Shown: positions 29,872 to 37,923 of the stretch, piece by piece
Numbering within the stretch: position 1 is the stretch's first letter
How the letters are laid out: every line of letters begins with the position of its first letter
DNA from: an uncultured Verrucomicrobiae bacterium
GTDB taxonomy: Bacteria; Verrucomicrobiota; Verrucomicrobiia; Chthoniobacterales; JAATET01
Direction of reading: 5' to 3'
Assembly (NCBI GenBank): GCA_963719495.1
Contig: CAVRCI010000003.1
Coordinates: 1 to 64,000, forward strand
DNA: 64,000 bases
Notes under the pieces: generated by a model
Database searches by the model: none
The model's input: the letters and a program-made list of their open reading frames with translations, nothing else
What the model was told of the DNA's origin: nothing
Program-made: the position numbers and the translations under genes

Positions 29872-30312
29872 CTATTCGGGGTCCGAGGGGGAGAAGGTCA
29901 CGCCGTTGAGTCCGGCCCGCGCGCAGGCGTCCATCACGTCGACCACTCGCTGGTGCTTGCCGCCATCCTCGGCGTTGATCATCACCAGGGCGTCGAGGTT
30001 GTTGGCGTCGGAGGATTCCTTGAAGCGGGTGAGAAGTTTGAGCAGCGCCGCCATTTCGCGATCTTCCGGGGGGGCGATCGGCGATTCGTTGACGATCACC
30101 GTAGCGTCCTGGCGGATCTGGATTTTCACCTCGTTCGGGAGGTTGATCGCTTCGTCCTGCGAGATGGTTCCGGGGAGTTGGAGGCCCACGTCGGCTTCGG
30201 GCTTGATCGGTTTCGCAGTGACCATGAAGAACACCAGCAGGAGAAACACGATGTCGATCATCGGCCCCATCTGCATCTCGATCACTTGGGTCTCTTGTCT
30301 TCGTGCGAACAT
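29872..30312 (-). CDS. exbD: ExbD/TolR family protein
   Basis: MGPMIDIVFLLLVFFMVT; VMINAED; VVDVMDACARAG. Confidence 0.92.
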   Translation of the reverse strand: MFARRQETQVIEMQMGPMIDIVFLLLVFFMVTAKPIKPEADVGLQLPGTISQDEAINLPNEVKIQIRQDATVIVNESPIAPPEDREMAALLKLLTRFKESSDANNLDALVMINAEDGGKHQRVVDVMDACARAGLNGVTFSPSDPE

Positions 30313-30313
30313 C

Positions 30314-30733
30314 TTATTTGTCCCGGTGGCTCCCGAAAATCACTTCGACGGCACCGGCCTCGGCGCAGGCACTCATGATCTGTTTGATGACTTTGACGTC
30401 GGTGTTCGCGTCGGCGCGGACGTAGATCCGCAGGGGCGGCACGTCGACGAGGCGCTGCTTGAGGTAGGTCTTCAGCTCGGCGGACGTCAGCGGGCGCTCG
30501 CCCGCAAAAATCTGGCCTTCGCCGTCGACGTTGATGATGTCGCGTCCGCTCAAGTCGTCCGGCTGCTTGGCCGCGAAGGCGACCGGCAGATCGATGTTCA
30601 TCTTCATCTGGTCGCGGGTGATCTTCGACGTCACCATGAAGAAAATCAGCAGGAGAAAGGTCATATCGATCATGGGCGCCAGTTGGAAACTGACGTCCTC
30701 CTTTGCTTTTTTTCTGCCGAAGGTCGAGTTCAT
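30314..30733 (-). CDS. exbD: ExbD/TolR family protein
   Basis: LAPMIDMTFLLLIFFMVT; IYVRAD; IMSACAEAG. Confidence 0.92.
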   Translation of the reverse strand: MNSTFGRKKAKEDVSFQLAPMIDMTFLLLIFFMVTSKITRDQMKMNIDLPVAFAAKQPDDLSGRDIINVDGEGQIFAGERPLTSAELKTYLKQRLVDVPPLRIYVRADANTDVKVIKQIMSACAEAGAVEVIFGSHRDK

Positions 30734-30753
30734 GGGGCGGGCTTCCGCGAGAC

Positions 30754-31602
30754 TCAGGCTTCCACCGCCGCTTCGTCCGCGGGCGGCTCTTCGTCGGCGG
30801 TCTGCTCCGCCGGGGCGGCGACGAACCCGTCGAGCATCGCGAGGATCGCGGCCTCGATGTCGGCGATCGCGCCGGTGAGAATGTTGCGGAAGAAGAAGAA
30901 CAGGAACATCGCGGGGATGCCGACGATCAATCCGCCGGCGGTGGTGACCATCGCCTGCCCGATCCCACCCGCCAGATCGGAGGGTTCTGATCGGCCAGCG
31001 GCGAGCTCGTTGAAGGCCGCGATCATCCCGGCGACCGTGCCGAGCAGACCGAGCATGGGGGCGATCGTGGCGAAGACGTTGAGATAATTGATCCACAGGG
31101 TCAGTCGCGTCTCCTCGTGCACGAGCTTCTCGGCGGCGGCTTTTTCCATCAGCGCGCGACCGTATTTCGGCTCGGCGAAGTCCGCTTTCAACGTGGCGGC
31201 GCCGAGCGTGTTCGTGAGCATGGTCGGGTTTTCCTGACAGAGCCGGTAGGTATTCGGCAGATCTTTCTGCGCCATGGATTCGGTCAGTTGACCGACGAGC
31301 GCGTTTGGCATCAGTCGGCGTCGATTGATCTTCAAGGCGCAAAACGCCGCGACGGCGATGGTGCAAAGCGAGCAGAGAGCGATCACCCACATCAGCGCCC
31401 CGCCCTGGAGGAACAGGTCGAACAGCGATTGGTCGGTGGGAGGAGCGGCCGCGGCTTCCGCCGACGGAGCATCCTGCGCGACGGCCACAGCGGCAAACGC
31501 GATGGTGGCGACGAAGCTCGCGAACAGGGATTTTGCGACGGGGACGGGGTGATTCAGCATGGTGATTGGGATTTGGGATTGGTTGGTGTGAGGGGAGGTC
31601 AT
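30754..31602 (-). CDS. exbB: MotA/TolQ/ExbB proton channel protein (start 31602 or 31560)
   Basis: QGGALMWVI, IAPMLGLLGTVAGMI, GIGQAMVTTAGGLIVGIPA. Confidence 0.93.
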   Translation of the reverse strand: MTSPHTNQSQIPITMLNHPVPVAKSLFASFVATIAFAAVAVAQDAPSAEAAAAPPTDQSLFDLFLQGGALMWVIALCSLCTIAVAAFCALKINRRRLMPNALVGQLTESMAQKDLPNTYRLCQENPTMLTNTLGAATLKADFAEPKYGRALMEKAAAEKLVHEETRLTLWINYLNVFATIAPMLGLLGTVAGMIAAFNELAAGRSEPSDLAGGIGQAMVTTAGGLIVGIPAMFLFFFFRNILTGAIADIEAAILAMLDGFVAAPAEQTADEEPPADEAAVEA

Positions 31603-32510
31603 TCGCTTTCGGCGGGGTGGTCGGCGAGGAAATCCACCGCCTCGGTCAATTGGGGTTCGATTGGAAAATTGTCGACGATGTCCTGGTAGCGCAGCCGGGC
31701 CTCGGCGACGTCCCCGGTGGCGGCGAGAAGATTCCCCGCCTTGGCGAGGCCCGACGCCGTCAATTCGGCGGGCTCGGGGCTGAAGGCGACCGGATACAAA
31801 TAGCCATCCAGGGCGGCGTCGATGAGGCGGCGCCTTTGCTCGACGATCTCGGGCATCAATTCCCATTTCGGCCATTCCTCGACGAGTTCCTCGTATTTCT
31901 TCCGGTCGAGGTCCGCGTTGACGAGTTTGAACTGCCCGGCCACCCGGCTCATGTTTTCGAAGACGGCGGCATCGGCCTTGGTGGCGGAATCGATCATGCC
32001 CTGTGCCGTCTCGATGTCACCCTCCTTGATGGCCGCTTCCACCTCGACGAGCAGAATCGCGCCCGCCAGATCCTTGGGCGGTTCGGCGAGGGCTTTCAGT
32101 TTTTCGAGAATCTCCCTGGCGGCACGCTGCCCCGGCCGATCCTCCAACAGCGTCCGAGCGTAGGCGACTCCCACCGGTGCGATCTGCGCCGGAGCAAACG
32201 CAAGAAATGGCTCCAGCGTCCGCCAAGTCTTCCGCAAACCGTCCAAGCCAGACTGCGCGGGCGCCGCGAGCACCTCGGCCGAATCAGCCGGAAGCGCGAA
32301 CTCGATCCCGGCGACCTTGTCCGGAGAATAGGTCGTGGCGACCTCCCCGTATTGCGACGCCTCCACGACCCGCAGCGATCCGGCCCCATCCACGCTGATC
32401 CGGCCTTCCTTGGTCGAGCCATCGCTCAAAGTGACGGTCTCCGCCCGACCGCAGACGACCAAAGCCGCGCAGGCGGCGACGAGCACGAATTGCAAGGTCG
32501 GCCTACGCAT
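31599..32510 (-). CDS. Secreted helical/TPR-like hypothetical protein
   Basis: Signal peptide, ETVTLSDG start, TPR-like end (EARLRYQDIVDNFP); overlaps both neighbours. Confidence 0.75.
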   Translation of the reverse strand: MRRPTLQFVLVAACAALVVCGRAETVTLSDGSTKEGRISVDGAGSLRVVEASQYGEVATTYSPDKVAGIEFALPADSAEVLAAPAQSGLDGLRKTWRTLEPFLAFAPAQIAPVGVAYARTLLEDRPGQRAAREILEKLKALAEPPKDLAGAILLVEVEAAIKEGDIETAQGMIDSATKADAAVFENMSRVAGQFKLVNADLDRKKYEELVEEWPKWELMPEIVEQRRRLIDAALDGYLYPVAFSPEPAELTASGLAKAGNLLAATGDVAEARLRYQDIVDNFPIEPQLTEAVDFLADHPAESE

Positions 32511-35289
32511 CGGGAGCCTCCTTGTCGGCGGTCGCGGGTGGGGCGGGCAACTGTTCGAGCCGCTTGCGGGCAAGCGCGTATTCAGGCGTGGCGGCGAGAT
32601 CGGAGTTGTCGGTGAGTTCCTTGTAGGTGCGCCACGCCTCGTCCTTCATTTCCAGCTCTTCAAACGCCTGGCCGCTCTCCCAGTAGCTCTGCGCGACGAA
32701 TTCCGGCATGCCGCCGTAGAGGATGTAGATGCGCTGGAAGTAGGCGATCGCCTTTTTCGGTTCTCCGACGGCGCGGTAGAGCTTGCCGATGCGGTAGATC
32801 GTCTCGGCCTTGAGCTTGCCCTTCGTCGACGGCAGATTGATCAATTCTTCCAGCGCGGCGAGCGCCTGCTCCCGTTCGCCGCGCTCCTCGTAGATGTCCG
32901 CGGTTGCGAGCAGAATCCGGGGAGTCAGTGGCGAGCTGGCCGCGACTTTCCGGAAAGTTTCGAAATACTCCAGCGCCCGCTTGTCGTCCCCGTCGGCCCG
33001 GGCGAGAAACCCGAGACCCGCGTAGGCCCGGTCTTTACTCAACGAGAGAGGGTAATACCGGAGCAGGGTGCGGTAGAATTCCGTCGCCTTCTCCGGCTCG
33101 CCCGCGTCCCGTAGGGCGTCGGCGACGTCCGCGAGAACCGGGACGCTCAGGTCCGTGGGGGCGGTATCGGCCGCCGTGTCCAGCAGCAGAGTCCCCGCCT
33201 TCGCGGGATTGGCGGTCCGCAGCATTTGCGCCCGCACCCAGCGGGTCCGGCTGGCGAGGGTGGCCTGCTTTTTGCGGGATGCGTTCGTCGTCAGGCCGTC
33301 CAGCCGGGTAACGAAGTCTTCCTGCTCCTCCCCGGGATACAGGCGGGAGAGATTCATGAGCATGTCTTCGACGGCACCCGCTTCGGGGTCGTTGCCGTAT
33401 TTCTCGACGGCCTCCCAGTAGAGTTTTCGCGCCTCGTCGGGCTGATCGTGCGTGCGGTAGTAGCCCGCGAGTTCGTTGAGCGCCTCGGAGATCCGGGAGC
33501 TGTTGGGACGTTCTTCGACGAATTTCCGGAAATGCGCCGTGAACGTGTCCCATTCCTCCAGGGACTCGTGGATTTTCCCGGCGCGGAACCACGCGTAATC
33601 GTAGAGCCGCTCGTTCGCCAGGGTCACCTGGGAATACACCTCGAGCGCCGATTCCCAATCCCCAAGCGCCAGCCGGGCGTCGCCCAGCAGCGCCAGCGCG
33701 TCGTTGTCGAGCCCGGACCCCGGGTGGGCCTCGAGAAACTCCCGCAACTCCTCGCCCGCGGGTTCAAATTGCTTCTGATTGAACAGGGTCTGCGCCATGC
33801 GGAACTCACTGTCCACGGAATGCGAGCCTTCGGGATATTGCTCGAGGTAGGAGGCGTGCGCCTCGCGGGCAGCCGGATAATCGCCATCGTAAAGCTTGGA
33901 CATCGCGAGCCAATACGCCGAATCGTCCCGGTGCGGGCTCTCCGGGAACGTCTCGGGGTGCGATTCGAGCAGCTCCGCGGCGGCGACGTTCTGATCGGCG
34001 AGGAGCAGGGCGTAGGCCGCCATGAAGTGGGCGCGCGCGGCGTAGGTCGATTTTGGAAATTCCTCCGCCACGCGCAGGAACGCGTCGCTGGCCGGCTCGG
34101 GACGTTTGAGCCGGAGCAGCGCCTCGGCCTTGAGGTAGGCGACGTCCGCACCTTGCTCGGAAGTCGGGTGGCGCTCGAGGAAGGCGTCCGCCGCGTCGAC
34201 CGCTTCCGGCCAACTCTCGGTGCGCGAGAGCGCGATCAACAATTGATAATTCGCCCGCTCCAGCAACTCGCTCTCGGGCAGAGTCCCGAGCATTTCCCGG
34301 TAGACCAGCGCCGCTTCGCGAAACCGATCCAAGTCGAAAAATCCTCCCGCGATCCGAAGCTGGAGCGCGCTGTCGAAATTCTCGATCTTTTCGAAGTCCG
34401 CCAATTCCTTCTCCGCTTGCTTGATCGCCTGCTGCATGGAAGCCGCGACGGCGGCCAGCCGGGGATCCTCGGGCACTTTCTCCTTCACCCCGGCGATCAC
34501 CTCCATCGTCCGCGCAATGATGCGTTCGCGCGGCCAGATCCGCTGGAGGACGAGGATGCCCTCGCGTTTCGACCCCTGCCCGAGCAACTTGTCGCCGAGC
34601 TGGAGCGCGGCGAGTTCGAAGCCCGCCAACGAGAGATTATCCGGCATGGCGGGCTCGTATTGCCGGACGAGTTCGGCGGCCCGTTCGAATTGCTCCGACT
34701 CGACGAGGCTCGCGAGGAGCATCTTGAAGGCCTGCGCTTTCTTGTCCCCGGTCAGCTTGTCCTTGTATTCGTCGAGGACCTCGGTGCCGTCAGCGGCCTG
34801 TCCCGCGCGCATCAAGGAAACCGCCATGAAGATGGCCGCCTGCTGCGCGTTGCCCGAGGTCGGGAAGACTTTGATGAACTCTTTGAACGCCGCGCTGGCG
34901 GCTTCGTTCTGCCCGCTTTGCATCAACCCGATGCCGAGGAAAAACGCCACGTCGTCGCGATTCGGGGCACTCGGGAATCTCGACAAATATTGCTTGGCGG
35001 CCTCAGCCACGCCGGACCAGTTCGCCGTCTTCGCGTTCGCGGTGACGAGCATCAAGTAAGCGCGATCCAGATTCGTCGGCTCCTGGCCGGTCTCGTCCAT
35101 CTGACGCAACGCGCTCGCCAAACGCTCGAGGGCCAGCGGGAAGTTCTGCTGATTGTAGGCCTCGACCCCGGCGTCGAACTCCGCTTCGACCGTGTAATAG
35201 ACTTCGGCTTCTTGCGCCGATAGCGCGTGAACGCTCACGCAGAGGGCAAGAATCCAGCCTAGGAATCGCTTGGAGTTCGGGGGAATCAA
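32503..35289 (-). CDS. Large secreted tetratricopeptide-repeat protein (928 aa)
   Basis: Signal peptide; many TPR units ending F(L/V)xx(F/Y)PxS; C-terminal AIAYFQRIYILY. Confidence 0.9.
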   Translation of the reverse strand: MIPPNSKRFLGWILALCVSVHALSAQEAEVYYTVEAEFDAGVEAYNQQNFPLALERLASALRQMDETGQEPTNLDRAYLMLVTANAKTANWSGVAEAAKQYLSRFPSAPNRDDVAFFLGIGLMQSGQNEAASAAFKEFIKVFPTSGNAQQAAIFMAVSLMRAGQAADGTEVLDEYKDKLTGDKKAQAFKMLLASLVESEQFERAAELVRQYEPAMPDNLSLAGFELAALQLGDKLLGQGSKREGILVLQRIWPRERIIARTMEVIAGVKEKVPEDPRLAAVAASMQQAIKQAEKELADFEKIENFDSALQLRIAGGFFDLDRFREAALVYREMLGTLPESELLERANYQLLIALSRTESWPEAVDAADAFLERHPTSEQGADVAYLKAEALLRLKRPEPASDAFLRVAEEFPKSTYAARAHFMAAYALLLADQNVAAAELLESHPETFPESPHRDDSAYWLAMSKLYDGDYPAAREAHASYLEQYPEGSHSVDSEFRMAQTLFNQKQFEPAGEELREFLEAHPGSGLDNDALALLGDARLALGDWESALEVYSQVTLANERLYDYAWFRAGKIHESLEEWDTFTAHFRKFVEERPNSSRISEALNELAGYYRTHDQPDEARKLYWEAVEKYGNDPEAGAVEDMLMNLSRLYPGEEQEDFVTRLDGLTTNASRKKQATLASRTRWVRAQMLRTANPAKAGTLLLDTAADTAPTDLSVPVLADVADALRDAGEPEKATEFYRTLLRYYPLSLSKDRAYAGLGFLARADGDDKRALEYFETFRKVAASSPLTPRILLATADIYEERGEREQALAALEELINLPSTKGKLKAETIYRIGKLYRAVGEPKKAIAYFQRIYILYGGMPEFVAQSYWESGQAFEELEMKDEAWRTYKELTDNSDLAATPEYALARKRLEQLPAPPATADKEAPDA

Positions 35290-35343
35290 GTTGGATGACC
35301 CTAGCAGAGTTTACCGGTCGACGCACTTGGGAAGTCAGGCATT

Positions 35344-35355
35344 TCTACGCGTAAA
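35344..35355. promoter_or_regulatory. Palindromic operator-like site, copy 1
   Basis: TCTACGCGTAAA about 55 nt upstream of the TPR-ExbBD operon. Confidence 0.7.
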
Positions 35356-35379
35356 CAGCTGGCCGGTCCGTCGGGCGGA

Positions 35380-36576
35380 TCAGCCCGGGATCCAGAACGT
35401 TTCCTGCGTTCTCAGCGGGCGGGGCTCCCCGGCGACCTGGAGCGTAATGGTGGCGGCGGGAGAGTCGGGCAGCGGGTCGGACAATCCGCGGAGGAACAGA
35501 CGTTCGCCGCACTGCTCGAACTCGACCGGTTCGCCGGTCGCCTGCCAGCGGGCGCTCAACACTTCGTTGCCGATCTCGGCGAGGCAAAATTCGTCACCCG
35601 GGCAGCGGATCAGATGCACGAAAACCTGCCGACCCTTCGTGGTGATCAGCGCGCTGTTGTTCCACGAGAACGGCGAGCGATCCGAATCCGCCAGAATGTC
35701 GTGATGCCGCCGGACCCAGCGCCCGGCCTCTTCGATGATGCGGACACTTGCCTCCGGGATGCGTCCGTCGCCGCGCGGCCCGACGTTGAGCAGCAAATTC
35801 CCGGCGCTGCCCGCGGTGGTGAGAAGCATTCGGACGACGTCGGCGGGCGTCTTCCAGTTCGTGTCGCCGACGTGCCAGCCCCAGTTATCGTTCAGCGTCA
35901 TGCACGCCTCCCACGGGCCCTGCTTCGCGCTGAGCGACTGCTCGGAGCAGCGAAAATCGAACGGCTCACCGTTGCGTTCGTTGATCAGGATGCCGGGCTG
36001 GAGTTCCTTCGCCAGCCGGTTGGTGTCGCCCCCGTCGCGGAGGGCCGGAATCCCGCCGTCGTACCAGAGAACGTCGATCCGGCCGTAGTTCGTCATGAGC
36101 TCGCGCATCTGCGCCTGCACAAACGAGGCAAAGCCCCGCCGCGCGTCCTCCGAAGCCCACTCATCCGTCCAGTCCCTCGCGTAGGGCGTCGGATAGTCGG
36201 CGTGAAACCAATCCGCGACGGAGTAGTAAAATCCCACGCGCAGCCCCTCGGCCCGCACCGCCTCGACAAACGGTCGCAGCAGGTCGCGACATGCGCCGAT
36301 CTTCGCCGACTGAAAATCCGTCGTCGCCGTGTCCCAGAGACAAAACCCATCGTGATGCCGCGTCGTGAGAACGACGTATTTCATACCGCCCCGCTTCGCC
36401 AAGCGCGCCCATTCAGCAGGATCGTAATTCTCCGCGGTGAACGCCGCGGCGTAACGGTCCCGGTATTCCTCGAAGGGAATGCACTCGCGATTGGCGACCC
36501 ATTCACCCCGCCCGGCAACCGAGTAGGGCCCCCAATGCACAAAAAGACCGTAGCGCGCCGCCGAGAACCATTCCAT
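35380..36576 (-). CDS. Alpha-L-fucosidase (GH29)
   Basis: YGLFVHWG, GMKYVVLTTRHHDGFCLW, GFYYS, LMTNYGRIDVLWYDG, INER, WEACMT, NLLLNVGP. Confidence 0.95.
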   Translation of the reverse strand: MEWFSAARYGLFVHWGPYSVAGRGEWVANRECIPFEEYRDRYAAAFTAENYDPAEWARLAKRGGMKYVVLTTRHHDGFCLWDTATTDFQSAKIGACRDLLRPFVEAVRAEGLRVGFYYSVADWFHADYPTPYARDWTDEWASEDARRGFASFVQAQMRELMTNYGRIDVLWYDGGIPALRDGGDTNRLAKELQPGILINERNGEPFDFRCSEQSLSAKQGPWEACMTLNDNWGWHVGDTNWKTPADVVRMLLTTAGSAGNLLLNVGPRGDGRIPEASVRIIEEAGRWVRRHHDILADSDRSPFSWNNSALITTKGRQVFVHLIRCPGDEFCLAEIGNEVLSARWQATGEPVEFEQCGERLFLRGLSDPLPDSPAATITLQVAGEPRPLRTQETFWIPG

Positions 36577-36631
36577 GCGCCAGACCTAGCAAAGTCGGCG
36601 GCTTCGACCAGCGTGGAGACGATTGGAAGCG

Positions 36632-36643
36632 TTTACGCGTAAA
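36632..36643. promoter_or_regulatory. Palindromic operator-like site, copy 2
   Basis: Perfect palindrome TTTACGCGTAAA about 55 nt upstream of the fucosidase. Confidence 0.75.
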
Positions 36644-36760
36644 TTTCTCCAAGGCGTTTCATCGACCGCGCCCCACGGCTTCCGCCTCGTCGTTCATCTG
36701 TTGAGCCCATCTTTGTTCTTCGGGAATTTCCAGCCGAGCCGAGCGGTATTCCAAACCACT

Positions 36761-37387
36761 CTAGATCTCCGGGCGCAAAATCTCGTTATCTGCATATCGC
36801 GGATCCTTCAACAGAGACTGCAGGCATTCCTCCGCTCGCGGCGAAGGATGGCAGGAAATCGCGGTAAGCGCCTCACTTTGGGCCGTATCCAAAGACTCGA
36901 ACGGACCGCCCTCCGGTCTGTCCATCAGTCGACTAATTGCGCTCGGCATCGATCGACCATCCCAATAGTCGAAGGACGCTCGCTCGATGAGAAAATCCAA
37001 AGATTCTGGAGTGCCCTGCCAAGACGCGACGCGATACGCGAAACTTTGGTTGTTCATCCGGTTCCGATCAGCCGGTCCGCTCGCTCGTTCGAAAGACTCA
37101 ATCATTTCCACCAAACGAGGGAGATCATCTGGATTCTACCTCCCCGCCGCGATGGCACCAATCGCAATGAACGCCGAATGCATTAAACGTGGACTCAACG
37201 CATCCGGTTGCTGAACGATGGCGAGCAATGCGGAAAGCGTGGTTTCGTCCGAGGCTAATATGTAGTAAGCTGGATGCTGTCTTCTGCAACGGCGAGAGGT
37301 ATCTCCTGTTTCAGATATTTCAGAATCCACGGAATGACTTCCGAAGAATGGCGGGTGTTCTCGAAATATGCCAGAGGCTGAATTCAA
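36761..37387 (-). pseudogene. Lower-GC interrupted ORF remnants of unknown function
   Basis: Two short same-strand ORFs (36761-37114, 37136-37387) with atypical composition; no recognised motif. Confidence 0.3.
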
Positions 37388-37501
37388 AATGATGATTTTT
37401 CATTTCCGGTCACATCCGTGCCGGGAGGTTCCGTGCATGGCGGTTCGCCGACGTCGCTCCCCACCACTAAGTGATACGCGGTGCAGATGTGGGTCAGCGC
37501 C

Positions 37502-37659
37502 AAATGGCACTGCTTTGAGCGGATTTTCGGGAAAACGGTCGTGAGACATCTGCTGGTTGGGCTCGAGCCCAGGCTAATATCATTTGATCCTACCGGGCAG
37601 CGGCGAGCGTTGTGCATAAAACGAGAACGGTCGACGATCTGCTTAAAGCAGTGCCATTC
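37502..37659. mobile_element. MITE-like element (158 bp) with IS4-like terminal inverted repeats
   Basis: AAATGGCACTGCTTTGAGC ... GCTTAAAGCAGTGCCATTC; flanks GGGTCAGCGCC / GGGTCAGGAGG. Confidence 0.65.
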
Positions 37660-37848
37660 GGGTCAGGAGGAGGGAAAGAAGCGGGATTCGCATCACGTAT
37701 CCCGTTTTTATCGGGAGCGTCATGGCTCGGATAGTTTTCGATGTGTTTGCGCGTATCGTGACTCGCCGAGAAGGTCGGTTACGACGATTCAATGATCGGC
37801 GCGAAAGGGATCGGGGAGACGAAGGTCGGTCGGAAACGTCCCGCAGAA

Positions 37849-37860
37849 TTTACGCGTAAA
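37849..37860. promoter_or_regulatory. Palindromic operator-like site, copy 3
   Basis: Perfect TTTACGCGTAAA upstream of the ABC operon. Confidence 0.75.
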
Positions 37861-37923
37861 AGCAGCGCAGGCACCGAGGGAATGGCTTCTCCTCCCTGGT
37901 CTGGTAACCTGCCCGTTTCCCCG

